Of a DNA stretch of 32,000 nt, positions 1 to 9,767 are shown piece after piece. The notes beneath the pieces are model-generated. The model was not told the origin of the DNA, made no database searches, and worked only from the letters and a program-made list of their open reading frames with translations. Positions within the stretch are counted from its first letter, which is position 1; the number at the start of each line of letters is the position of its first letter. The stretch spans positions 3,750,001-3,782,000 of the forward strand of contig NZ_CP015137.1 of the NCBI RefSeq assembly GCF_001644705.1. Direction: 5' to 3'. Both the position numbers and the translations under genes were made by a program. The stretch is from Dickeya solani IPO 2222 (GTDB taxonomy: Bacteria > Pseudomonadota > Gammaproteobacteria > Enterobacterales > Enterobacteriaceae).

Positions 1-3000
1 CGCGCCTACCAGTGCGTGACGCCGGAGGAAAAGGCGCTGCTGTTGAATGACTGGCAACGCGAGCGCGCCAGCCACCCGGTCACCACCACGTTGCACCAGC
101 AGTTCGAACAGCAGGCGGCGCGACGCCCGCAGGCGGTGGCGCTCAGTGGCGAAAACGGCTTGCGCGTCAGTTACCGGCAACTTAACCAGCGCGCCAACCA
201 ACTGGCCCACTATCTGCTGAAGATGAAAGCCCAGCCGGGGGAGCACCCGTCGCGGGTCGGCATCTGTCTGGAGCGCGACGACAACACGCTGGTGGCGATT
301 CTGGCTATCCTCAAGGCGGGCATGACCTACGTGCCGATCGACAGCAGCCATGCTCAGGCGCGTATTCATTACTACGTGCAGGACGCCGGGCTGAACTGGG
401 TGATTGGCGGGGAGCCGTTCCGTCATCTGTTCGCCGGTTGCGACGCCGATTTCATCAGCCTCGACAACGAAGCCGGGCTGATTGCCACCATGCCGGAAAC
501 CAACCCGGAAGTCGCCGTCAGGCCGGACTGCCTGGCGTATATCATTTACACCTCCGGCTCCACCGGCAATCCGAAAGGGGTGGAGATCCCGCATGCGAAC
601 GTGCTGAGGCTGTTCAGCGCCAGTGAACGCCACTTCACGTTCAGTGAAGCGGATGTGTGGACGTTATTTCACTCCTGCGCGTTCGACTTTTCGGTGTGGG
701 AAATCTGGGGCGCGCTGCTGTATGGCGCCCGGCTGAGCGTGGTGCCCTATTGGGTGACCCGCACGCCGGCGCGTTTTCGCCAGTGGCTGGACGATGAGCG
801 CGTCACGGTGCTCAACCAGACGCCGTCCGCGCTGTATCAACTGATTGCCGCCGACGGCCAGACGCCGGGGCGATGCGATAGCCTGCGCTACATCGTGCTG
901 GGGGGCGAGGCGCTGGAGCCGGCGTCGCTGCGGGCGTGGTTCGCCAAATACGGCGACGACCAGCCGGACATCATCAACATGTACGGCATTACCGAAACTA
1001 CGGTGCACGTCACCTGGCGTAAAATCACCCAGGCCGATGCGCAACAGGGCGGCAAAAGCCCGATCGGCGTGGCGCTGGATGACCTGCGCATCTATCTGCT
1101 GGACGCCCAGCAGAACCTGGTGCCGCTCGGGGCGACTGGCGAAATGTACGTAGGCGGCGCTGGGGTGGCCAGAGGCTATCTGCACCGGCCGGCGCTGACC
1201 GCGGAGCGTTTTATCCCGCTACAGGCTATTTTCCCGCAAGACGCTTTACCGCCTGACCAACGCGGCGAACGGGTCTACCGCAGCGGCGATCTGGCGCGTT
1301 TTCATGCCGACGGTTCGCTGGAATACCTCGGTCGTAGCGACCATCAGGTGAAAATTCGTGGTTTTCGCATCGAACTGGGGGAAATCGAAACCACCCTCAA
1401 ACGGCTGCCGCACGTGGAACAGGCGATCGTGCTGGCGCAGCGCGACCAACAGCAGCAGGCGCGGCTGGTGGCGTACGTGGTTTGCGACGAGTCGTGCACC
1501 ACCGAAATACTGCGCGCCGGATTGAAAGAAACGCTGCCGGACTACATGCTGCCGTCGGTGTTTTACTTCCTGGAGACGTTGCCGCTGACCACCAACGGTA
1601 AAATCGACCGGGCGGCGCTGCTGGCGCTGCAACAAGACCGGCCGCAGCTCGCCAGTGAATTCGTGGCGGCGCGTACCGATGTGGAACGTCAACTGGTCGG
1701 CCTGTGGCGTCAGGCGCTGCAACTCGACGCCATCGGCGTGCATGACAATTTCTTCGCGCTGGGGGGCGATTCGCTGCGCGGGGTGCAACTGGTGGGGCGC
1801 GCCAACGACCTGGACTGGAACCTGTCGCTGGTGGATCTGTTCCAGCATCAAACCATCGCCGAACTGGCGACGCTGATTGAGCAGACGCTGTCCGGGCAGC
1901 GCGGCGGCGTCGCGCGCACCGAACCGTTCAGCCTGATCTCGGAACAGGACCGGGCGCGTCTGCCGGAGGAGGTGGTGGACGCCTATCCGCTGAGCCGTAT
2001 GCAGGCGGGGATGTTCTACCACATGCAGCTGACGCCGGACGCCAACGTCTACCATTGCACCGGCACCTCGCATCTGCGGCTGTCGCAGCCGTTCGACCAG
2101 CAGGCGTTCCGCCAGTCGGTGCAGGAGGCGGTGGCGCGCCATGACGTGCTGCGCACCGCGTTCGATCTGGAAAATTACAGCCAGCCGCTGCAACTGGTGC
2201 TGCGGCATGCCGAATTGCCGATCGTGTTTGAAGATGTGCGCCACCTCAGCGCCGACGAACAGGAAGCCCGCATCAAGGCGCTGCTGGAAGCGGAGCGGGT
2301 CACGCCGTTCGACCTGCTCAAACCGACGCTGCTGCGTTTCTTCATCTCTCTGCGCGACGACACCAGTTTCCAGTTCACGCTCACCGAGTGTCACCCGGTG
2401 TACGACGGCTGGAGCTACCATTCGCTGATCGTCGAGATCTTTAACCGCTATGCGGCGCTGATTGGGGTTAAAGACTGGCAGCCGGACGCGAAAACCGGCA
2501 TCGAATACCGCGACTTTATCGCGCAGGAACAGCGGCTGATCAACGACCCGGCCCAACAACAGTGGTGGCAAGAGAAGCTGGCGGACTGCACCTTGCTGAA
2601 ACTGCCGCGTAAGGCGGGCGCTCAGGGGTACGCTGACGTGCCGCCGCGCCTGCGTTCGATATCGCTGACGCTGGACGCGGAGGTCTATAAAGGCATCCGC
2701 CGGTTGATGGCGACCCTCGCAGTACCGATGAAAAGCGTGCTGCTGAGCGCTCACCTCAAGGTGATGAGCCTGTTCAGCGGCGAAAACGACGTATTGACCG
2801 GTATCCCCACCAACGGCCGTCCGGAGGCCAAAGGCGGCGATCAGCTCTGCGGCCTGTTCCTCAACATTCTGCCGTTCCGGCAGCACTTAACCGACAACAG
2901 CTGGGGGGCGTTTATCCGCCAGACCTTCGCCAACGAGAGCGGCATGATGCCGTACCGCAGTTTCCCGCTGGCGGACATCCAGCGGCAATTCGGCCCGCAG

Positions 3001-5214
3001 CCGCTGCTGGACGAAGTGCTGTTCAACTACATGGATTTCCATGTCTACGAACGTCTGTTGCCGGAGCTGGGGTTTGAGGTCGCCAGCAACCTCAATAGCG
3101 ATGAGGTACACGAAGGCACCCACTTTGCGCTGAATGTGCATTTCCAGCACTACACGCTGACGTCGTCGCTGGTCAGCAATCAGGTTTCGATCCAACTGGA
3201 CTACAACGAGAACCTGCTCAGCCATGAACAGGTGCGGCATATGGCGGATTGCTACCGGGCGGTGTTCCGGGCGATGGTGAGCGATGAGCAGGCCATTCAT
3301 ACGCGCCAGTCGTTCCTGACCGATGCGCAACGGGCGCAGGTGGCGGCGTTCAGCCACGGCAAACCCGGCTATCAGGGAACGGATACGCTGGCGTCGCTGT
3401 TCGCCGAACAGACGGCGCGTCAGCCGGATGCCACCGCGGTGATTCTCGACGACAGACGGCTGAGCTACCGACAACTGGACGGCCACACCACGCAACTGGC
3501 GCACTGGCTGGCGCGCCACGGGGTGAAAAAAGGCGACCGCGTCGGGCTGTGGCTGGGGCGCAGCATCGAGCTGGTGGCGGCGATTCTGGCGCTGACCAAG
3601 CTGGAGGCGGTGTACGTGCCGCTTAACAAGGAAGATCCGGTCGTCCGGCGTCATGAACAACTGCTGGACGCCAACTGCGTACTGATGCTGGCCCGTCAGG
3701 GCGACGAGGCGCAGGTGCAGCAGACGCCGGTGCCGGTGCTGTATCTGGGGGAACAAGGGCCCTGGTTGTCGATGCCGCACACCGCGCTGCCGGTTTCGGC
3801 GGATAACGCGTTGCCCGCCTACGTGATGTACACCTCCGGCTCCACCGGCAAGGCGAAAGGGGTGCTGATTGGTCAGCGCGGCATTCTGCGGCTGGTCAGG
3901 GAAGTGGATTATGTCGAGCTGGAGCCGTACCAGCGTTTCCTGATGCTGGCGGCGGTGAGTTTCGACGCCTCGACGCTGGAGATGTGGGGGCCATTGCTCA
4001 ACGGCGGCGCGATTGTCATCTACCCGCATGACGGCGTGGATATTCCCCGGCTCTCACAGTTGATTCAGCGACATGAAGTGGAGTGCCTGTTCCTGACGAC
4101 GTCGCTGTTCAACCTGTTGGTGGATGAACAACCGCAGGCGTTGCAGGGCGTCAGGCAGTTGCTCAGCGGCGGCGAGGCGATGTCCGCCAGCCACGCGGCG
4201 CGCATACAGGCGCTGTACCCGCAACTGGAGCTGGTGAACGGCTACGGCCCGACGGAAAACACCACCTTCACCACCTGCTATCGCTACCGGGCCAACGCGG
4301 TGAACGACGCGCAGGGTATTCCTATCGGCCGTCCCAACCCCGGCAACGAGGTGCTGATTCTGGATCGCTTCATGCAGCCGGTGCCGGTCGGCACGCCGGG
4401 CGAACTGTATATCGGCGGCGACGGTCTGGCGCTCGACTACCTGAATCAGCGCGAACTGTACGACCGGTTGTTTGTGGCGCATCCGCAGCAGCCTGACCGC
4501 CGCCTGTACAAAACCGGCGATCTCGGTCGCTGGCTTGAAGACGGCAACATCGAATACCTCGGCCGTCTGGATAACCAGAACAAGATCCGCGGTTATCGCA
4601 TCGAACTGGGGGAAATCGAGTCGGTGCTGTGCCAGCACCCCGACATCGAACGCGCCGCCGCCGTGGTGGTGAGCGACGGACCCAAGAAGCAAATCATCGC
4701 CTGCGTGGTGCGACTGGCGGACAGCCAGCTCGACAGCCACGCGCTGCGCACCTTCCTGCTGGAGCGTCTGCCGCGTTACATGGTGCCGGGCCGCTTTAAC
4801 TTTGTCGATTCGCTGCCGTTGACCATGAACGGCAAGCTGGACGTGGCGAGTCTGAAACAGAGTTTGCAGGCGCCCGTCACCCTAAAACCGCAGAGCGACC
4901 CGCTGGTCGGGACCATTCAGGCGGTGTGGGCGGAGGTGCTGTCCATCCCATTGCCGGATCAGCAAGAGAACTTCTTTGATCTGGGCGGCGACTCGCTGCT
5001 GCTGGCGCGGGTGCACCTCAAGCTGGTGGCTAGCGGCTTCCCGCAGCTGAGCGTGCTGGATCTGCTGAATTTCACCACCATCGAGCAACTGGTGCAGCAC
5101 ATCCGCGGCAACAAGGCGCTGGCGCAGACGCAGGATCGCCAGCAGGTAGAAAGCAGTATTCAGGAAGGACGGCGCCGTTTGTCCGCGTTGCAAGCCAAAA
5201 GGAGTATGGGGTAA
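1..5214 (+). CDS. Non-ribosomal peptide synthetase, 5'-truncated by the window edge; visible domains A-T-C-A-T (two modules, no TE)
   Basis: The frame of ORF 16..5214 stays open back to nt 1 (cgc gcc tac cag tgc), so the gene begins upstream. Module 1 motifs: YIIYTSGSTGNPKGV (nt ~538), NMYGITETTVH, YRSGDLARF, GRSDHQVKIRGFRIELGEIE, NGKIDR. Carrier 1: FFALGGDSLRG (Ser codon 1771-1773). C domain: His-motif variant CHPVYDG (His codon 2392-2394). Module 2 motifs: YVMYTSGSTGKAKGV (nt ~3826), NGYGPTENTTF, YKTGDLGRW, GRLDNQNKIRGYRIELGEIE, NGKLD. Carrier 2: FFDLGGDSLLL (Ser codon 4993-4995). Stop TAA at 5212-5214. Confidence 0.97.
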   Translation, partial: RAYQCVTPEEKALLLNDWQRERASHPVTTTLHQQFEQQAARRPQAVALSGENGLRVSYRQLNQRANQLAHYLLKMKAQPGEHPSRVGICLERDDNTLVAILAILKAGMTYVPIDSSHAQARIHYYVQDAGLNWVIGGEPFRHLFAGCDADFISLDNEAGLIATMPETNPEVAVRPDCLAYIIYTSGSTGNPKGVEIPHANVLRLFSASERHFTFSEADVWTLFHSCAFDFSVWEIWGALLYGARLSVVPYWVTRTPARFRQWLDDERVTVLNQTPSALYQLIAADGQTPGRCDSLRYIVLGGEALEPASLRAWFAKYGDDQPDIINMYGITETTVHVTWRKITQADAQQGGKSPIGVALDDLRIYLLDAQQNLVPLGATGEMYVGGAGVARGYLHRPALTAERFIPLQAIFPQDALPPDQRGERVYRSGDLARFHADGSLEYLGRSDHQVKIRGFRIELGEIETTLKRLPHVEQAIVLAQRDQQQQARLVAYVVCDESCTTEILRAGLKETLPDYMLPSVFYFLETLPLTTNGKIDRAALLALQQDRPQLASEFVAARTDVERQLVGLWRQALQLDAIGVHDNFFALGGDSLRGVQLVGRANDLDWNLSLVDLFQHQTIAELATLIEQTLSGQRGGVARTEPFSLISEQDRARLPEEVVDAYPLSRMQAGMFYHMQLTPDANVYHCTGTSHLRLSQPFDQQAFRQSVQEAVARHDVLRTAFDLENYSQPLQLVLRHAELPIVFEDVRHLSADEQEARIKALLEAERVTPFDLLKPTLLRFFISLRDDTSFQFTLTECHPVYDGWSYHSLIVEIFNRYAALIGVKDWQPDAKTGIEYRDFIAQEQRLINDPAQQQWWQEKLADCTLLKLPRKAGAQGYADVPPRLRSISLTLDAEVYKGIRRLMATLAVPMKSVLLSAHLKVMSLFSGENDVLTGIPTNGRPEAKGGDQLCGLFLNILPFRQHLTDNSWGAFIRQTFANESGMMPYRSFPLADIQRQFGPQPLLDEVLFNYMDFHVYERLLPELGFEVASNLNSDEVHEGTHFALNVHFQHYTLTSSLVSNQVSIQLDYNENLLSHEQVRHMADCYRAVFRAMVSDEQAIHTRQSFLTDAQRAQVAAFSHGKPGYQGTDTLASLFAEQTARQPDATAVILDDRRLSYRQLDGHTTQLAHWLARHGVKKGDRVGLWLGRSIELVAAILALTKLEAVYVPLNKEDPVVRRHEQLLDANCVLMLARQGDEAQVQQTPVPVLYLGEQGPWLSMPHTALPVSADNALPAYVMYTSGSTGKAKGVLIGQRGILRLVREVDYVELEPYQRFLMLAAVSFDASTLEMWGPLLNGGAIVIYPHDGVDIPRLSQLIQRHEVECLFLTTSLFNLLVDEQPQALQGVRQLLSGGEAMSASHAARIQALYPQLELVNGYGPTENTTFTTCYRYRANAVNDAQGIPIGRPNPGNEVLILDRFMQPVPVGTPGELYIGGDGLALDYLNQRELYDRLFVAHPQQPDRRLYKTGDLGRWLEDGNIEYLGRLDNQNKIRGYRIELGEIESVLCQHPDIERAAAVVVSDGPKKQIIACVVRLADSQLDSHALRTFLLERLPRYMVPGRFNFVDSLPLTMNGKLDVASLKQSLQAPVTLKPQSDPLVGTIQAVWAEVLSIPLPDQQENFFDLGGDSLLLARVHLKLVASGFPQLSVLDLLNFTTIEQLVQHIRGNKALAQTQDRQQVESSIQEGRRRLSALQAKRSMG

Positions 5215-8200
5215 TGGAGAAGGTGCAATCAACCCACGGGTATGAACTGGCGATTATCGGTATGGCCGGGGTGTTCCCCGGCGCTGACGATGTGGCGCAA
5301 TTCTGGCGGAATCTGGTGGCGGGGGTGGAGTCGATCCGCACCCTGAGCGATGAAGAGCTGGACGCCGCCGCCGTCCCTGCTTCGCTGCGTCAGCAGGAAG
5401 ATTATCAGGCGCGGGCGGCGGACCTGACGCAGCCCTGCGCGTTTGACGCGGCGTTTTTTGGCTATTCGCCGCGGGAAGCGGAAGCGATTGACCCGCAACA
5501 GCGGGTATTTCTGGAGGTATGCTGGCACGCGCTGGAAAACGCCGGCTACGCGCCGGACAAGTTCGATGGGCAAATCGGCGTCTATGCCAGCAGCGCGGAG
5601 AGCAGTTACCTGATCCACTGTCTGATGGACCGGCCTGACGTGTTGCAGCGCGTGTCGCTGTCGGATCTGCAAAACGGCAACAACCGCGATTTTGTCTCCA
5701 CCCGCGTGGCCTACAAGCTGAACCTGCACGGGCCGACGATGACCATCGGCGCGGCCTGCGCCAGCTCGCTGGTGTCGCTGCACTTCGCGTGTCAGGCGTT
5801 GCTGATGGGCGAATGCGATATGGCGCTGGCGGGCGGCGTGCATATCGGCATGCCGGATAAGGGCGGCTACCGGTTCGGCGACAGCGGGATTCTGTCGCAC
5901 GATGGCCATTGCCGTTCCTTTGATGCCGACGCCAGCGGCATGATTGGCGGGGATGGCGCGGCGGCGGTGGTTGTCAAACGCTTGCAGGATGCGCTGGACA
6001 GCGGCGACACCATCACGGCGATCATCAAAGGCTCGGCCATCAGCAACGACGGCTCTCGCAAGCTGGGCTTCAGCGCACCCTCGGTGGCCGGGCAGGCGGA
6101 TGCCCTGCAACGGGCGTTGCTGACGGCGGACGTGCCGGCCGGCAGCGTGGGGTATATCGAGGCGCACGGCACCGGTACCCACCTGGGCGACCCGATCGAA
6201 ATCAAGGCGCTCAAAGAGGCGTACCAGATTGATAATCCGGTGCCGGAAAGCTGCGCGGTGGCGTCGGTCAAAGCCAACATCGGCCATCTGGATTCGGCGG
6301 CGGGCGTAACCGGGGTCATCAAGGCGGCGCAGATGCTGCATTATGGTTATATCCCGCCCGCCATCAGTTTTACCCGCCTTAACCCGGAAATCGTGCTGGA
6401 CGGCACCCAATTCTATATCCCGACCGAAGGCAAAGCCTGGGTCAGCGATGCGGTGCGCCGCGCCGGGGTGAGCGCGTTCGGTATCGGCGGCACCAACGCC
6501 CACGTCATTCTGGAGGAGTCACGCTTTACACGTTCGTCCGGCGCCGCGCCGCAGACGCAATTGCTGTGCTTTTCCGGCCATACGCCGGCCGCATTGCAAG
6601 ACAACATCGCCCGTTTTCATTATTGGTTCGCCTCCACGCCGCAGGCATCGCTGGCCGATGCCGCTTATACGCTACAGCAGGGACGTAGCGACCTGCCTTA
6701 TCGCTACAGTCTGGCGGTGGAAGGCCGTGAGCAGGCGCTGTCGCTGCTGGTGCAGGCCCGACCGGCAACGGCCAGGGTCGCGAAAGAGAAAAGCGCGTTG
6801 GTGTTCATGTTCAGCGGGCAAGGTTCGCAGTACCCCGGCATGATGGCCGGGGTTTATCAGCAGGCGGCGCTGTTCCGTGAAACGGTGGACCACTGCGCCG
6901 CATTGCTGCATCCGTTGCTGGGCAGGGATATTCGCCCGTTGCTGTTCGAAACCGACGGGCAGGACCCGCATTCACTGCTGTACCAGACCCGTTTTACCCA
7001 ACCGGCGCTGTTCGTCGTCGAATACGCCCTGAGCCGCCAACTGATGGACTGGGGGATCGTGCCGACCGCCTGCATCGGGCACAGTATCGGCGAATACGTG
7101 GCGGCCTGTCTGGCCGGGGTGTTCAGCCTGGAAGAGGCGCTGACGCTGGTGAGCCGTCGCGGCGAACTGATGAACGCCATGCCGCCCGGCACGATGCTGG
7201 CGCTGTCGATTCCGGCGGCGCAGGCGCGTGAAGCGCTGATCGACGGCGTGACGCTGGCGGCCAGCAATGCGCCTGAGTTTTGCGTGGTGTCAGGCCCGGC
7301 CGAGGCCATCGACCGCATGGCGCAGCGCATGGAGGAACGCGGGGTTGAAACCAAACGGCTGCACACGTCCCACGCGTTCCACAGCCCGATGATGGACGGC
7401 TGTCTGGAGGCGTTCCGACGCGCATTCGACAACGTGACCCTACAGGCGCCGCAGCTGCCGTTTATCTCCTGCCTGACGGGCGATTGGATAAGCGATGAGC
7501 AGGCGACCGACCCGGATTACTGGGTGCGTCAGCTGCGCGAACCGGTCGCCTTCAGCGAGGGGATTGCCAGCCTGCTGAGTTACGGCCCGTCGCTGTTGCT
7601 GGAAGTCGGCCCCGGCAAGGCGCTGACCGGGCTGGCGACGCTGCAACTGGACGGCGAGCGGGCGGATAGCCGCGTGCTGGGCACCCAACCCGACTTTCGC
7701 CACCGCGAGAACGATTATCGCCAGTTGCTGAGCGCGCTGGGGCAGCTCTGGCAGTGGGACATCAAGCCGGACTGGCGCGCATTCCACCGCCACCAGTCCC
7801 GTTGCCGCATTCCGCTGCCGGGCTACGCCTTCCAGCGTCAGGTGTACGATCTGACCAGCCTGGCAGCGCCGGCAACCACGGCGTCGCCGCGCGCTGTTCC
7901 GGCCGGTCAGCGCCTACCGCTGGAGCAGTGGGCCAGCCAGCCTTGCTGGCGCCAGAAACCGCTCAACGCCGCTCAGCGCGTGACGTGGCGCGGTCGCGGC
8001 ATCGTACTGTTTATGGATAAAACCGGGATGGCGGAACGGTTGGCCGGGCAACTGGAACAACTGGGCGCGCGGGTGTGCCGGGTTACGGCGGGAAAACGCT
8101 TTACCCGTAAAAATCCGCTGAATTGGGTGATCGACCCCAACGCACCGCAGGATCTGGCGGCGCTGGCGTCCTCGCTGGAGAAGCAGACGTTTCCGCTGGA

Positions 8201-9767
8201 TCACCTGATCCTGTGCTGGCCGGTGTCGCGGCGGGCGTTGCCGGTGCCTACCGCCATCGGTCACTACGAAACCCTGCTGAACATTGCCCGTCAGTTCGCC
8301 GGCACCGAGCGCCAGACGCCGCTGGTGCTGCATGTGGTGTCCAATGGGCTGCATGCGGTGACGCCGACGGATCGTTGCGACCCGGCGCGTTCGCTGCTGG
8401 TGGGGCCTTGTCGGGTCCTGGAAAAAGAGTTCGAACAGCTGGTCTGTCGCAGCATCGACATCGATGCGCCGTCGCGCGTGCTGTTTGCGCCGGCTTTTGA
8501 CCGGAATCTGGCCCCGTTGCTGGCGGAGCTGGCCGCGCCGGGTGACGAGCCGTTTGTGGCGTTGCGCGGCGGCGTTCGCTACATCCCGAGTCTGGAGCAA
8601 CTGGTGGCCGAACCGGCGGACGAGGAACAGTTGCCGGTGCTGACCCACGGCCGTTATCTGCTGACCGGCGGTTTCGGCGGCATCGGCATGACGGTGGCGC
8701 AGTGGCTGGCGCAGCACTACCGGGCGCACGTCATCCTGCTGGGGCGCGGTGACGTACCGCCGGAATCTCACTGGCAGCAATGGCTGGATGAACACGACGA
8801 CAGTAACGAGAAGTCGCTGAAAATCAGACAGCTACAAAAAATTCAACAGTTGGGCGGCACGGTGACGGTGATCGCCGCCGACCTGAGCAACGCCCGTCAG
8901 GTCAATCAGGCGCTGAAAGCCGTTACACACGCCCACGGTGCCATTCATGGCGTGTTCCACTGCGCCGGGGTGGCGGATGGTCGGTTGATTCAGCAGCGCA
9001 CCCCGGCGGATTCGCTGGCGGTGTTCAAGGCCAAGGTGTGGGGCACGCTGGTGCTGGAGCGTTACTTCCAGCGCCGCCCGCTCGATTTCTTCGTGCAGTG
9101 TTCATCGCTGGCGGCGGCGGTCGGTCCGATGGGCCAGGTGGCCTACTGTTCCGCCAACGCCTATCAGGATGCCTGGGCCACCGCCCGCAGCCGTCGCAGG
9201 ACGCACACCCGTTACCTGTCTATCGGCTGGGATTCCTGGCAGGAAGTGGGGATGGCGGTGGACAGCCTGAAAAAATGGAACAGCGGCGACACCGAAGCGG
9301 TGATCCGTCACGGCATCCGGCCGCAAGAAGGCTGCGAACTGCTGGCCCGGCTGCTGGTGCGTCAGGCGCCGCAGTATGTGATATCGACGCGCGGACTGCC
9401 GCTGCCGGACGCCGATACCCCGGCCGAGGATGACGCGCAGGCGGAGGAGGCCGGGCAGGAGACCAGCCTGTACCCGCGCCCGCCGCTCAGCAACGCCTAT
9501 CTGGCGCCCCGTGACCACATTGAGCAGACCATCGCCCGCATCTGGCAGGAAAAAATGGGGCTGGGGCCGATCGGCGTTGACGATGACTTCTTCGAACTGA
9601 ACGGTCATTCGCTGATGGCGGTGCAAATCATCGCCCAGATCAAGCAACAGCTGAAGGTGGCGTTCCCGGTGGGCTTTATTTATGACAATCCCACCATCGC
9701 TAAACTGGCCGGGCAGGCGCGACTGCGTCAGGAAGCTGCCCAACCGGCGCTGGAGGCGAGCGTATGA
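5214..9767 (+). CDS. Type I polyketide synthase, single module KS-AT-KR-carrier
   Basis: ATG 5214 overlaps the NRPS stop (TAATG). KS: Cys in TIGAACASSLV (codon 5757-5759), His motifs EAHGTGTHLGDP and NIGHLDSAAG. AT: GHSIGE (Ser codon 7083-7085) and HAFHS (malonyl-type signature). KR: Rossmann TGGFGGIGMT (nt ~8664) and catalytic YCSAN. Carrier: DDFFELNGHSLMAV (Ser codon 9609-9611). No DH, ER or TE motifs seen. Confidence 0.97.
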   Translation: MEKVQSTHGYELAIIGMAGVFPGADDVAQFWRNLVAGVESIRTLSDEELDAAAVPASLRQQEDYQARAADLTQPCAFDAAFFGYSPREAEAIDPQQRVFLEVCWHALENAGYAPDKFDGQIGVYASSAESSYLIHCLMDRPDVLQRVSLSDLQNGNNRDFVSTRVAYKLNLHGPTMTIGAACASSLVSLHFACQALLMGECDMALAGGVHIGMPDKGGYRFGDSGILSHDGHCRSFDADASGMIGGDGAAAVVVKRLQDALDSGDTITAIIKGSAISNDGSRKLGFSAPSVAGQADALQRALLTADVPAGSVGYIEAHGTGTHLGDPIEIKALKEAYQIDNPVPESCAVASVKANIGHLDSAAGVTGVIKAAQMLHYGYIPPAISFTRLNPEIVLDGTQFYIPTEGKAWVSDAVRRAGVSAFGIGGTNAHVILEESRFTRSSGAAPQTQLLCFSGHTPAALQDNIARFHYWFASTPQASLADAAYTLQQGRSDLPYRYSLAVEGREQALSLLVQARPATARVAKEKSALVFMFSGQGSQYPGMMAGVYQQAALFRETVDHCAALLHPLLGRDIRPLLFETDGQDPHSLLYQTRFTQPALFVVEYALSRQLMDWGIVPTACIGHSIGEYVAACLAGVFSLEEALTLVSRRGELMNAMPPGTMLALSIPAAQAREALIDGVTLAASNAPEFCVVSGPAEAIDRMAQRMEERGVETKRLHTSHAFHSPMMDGCLEAFRRAFDNVTLQAPQLPFISCLTGDWISDEQATDPDYWVRQLREPVAFSEGIASLLSYGPSLLLEVGPGKALTGLATLQLDGERADSRVLGTQPDFRHRENDYRQLLSALGQLWQWDIKPDWRAFHRHQSRCRIPLPGYAFQRQVYDLTSLAAPATTASPRAVPAGQRLPLEQWASQPCWRQKPLNAAQRVTWRGRGIVLFMDKTGMAERLAGQLEQLGARVCRVTAGKRFTRKNPLNWVIDPNAPQDLAALASSLEKQTFPLDHLILCWPVSRRALPVPTAIGHYETLLNIARQFAGTERQTPLVLHVVSNGLHAVTPTDRCDPARSLLVGPCRVLEKEFEQLVCRSIDIDAPSRVLFAPAFDRNLAPLLAELAAPGDEPFVALRGGVRYIPSLEQLVAEPADEEQLPVLTHGRYLLTGGFGGIGMTVAQWLAQHYRAHVILLGRGDVPPESHWQQWLDEHDDSNEKSLKIRQLQKIQQLGGTVTVIAADLSNARQVNQALKAVTHAHGAIHGVFHCAGVADGRLIQQRTPADSLAVFKAKVWGTLVLERYFQRRPLDFFVQCSSLAAAVGPMGQVAYCSANAYQDAWATARSRRRTHTRYLSIGWDSWQEVGMAVDSLKKWNSGDTEAVIRHGIRPQEGCELLARLLVRQAPQYVISTRGLPLPDADTPAEDDAQAEEAGQETSLYPRPPLSNAYLAPRDHIEQTIARIWQEKMGLGPIGVDDDFFELNGHSLMAVQIIAQIKQQLKVAFPVGFIYDNPTIAKLAGQARLRQEAAQPALEASV

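Noticed and set aside
1246-4029. Long minus-strand ORFs (1246..2886, 546 aa; 2887..4029, 380 aa) inside the NRPS gene
   Set aside because: They lie entirely antisense to a gene with unambiguous A/T/C motifs. Their translations are Arg/Gln/His/Val-rich low-information sequence with no motifs, as expected for open antisense frames in GC-rich coding DNA.
5229-8795. Minus-strand ORFs within the PKS gene (5229..6503, 424 aa; 6857..7432; 7914..8795, 293 aa) and nested plus-strand ORFs
   Set aside because: They are antisense or out of frame relative to KS/AT/KR motif-bearing sequence. They have no start signals or recognisable domains.
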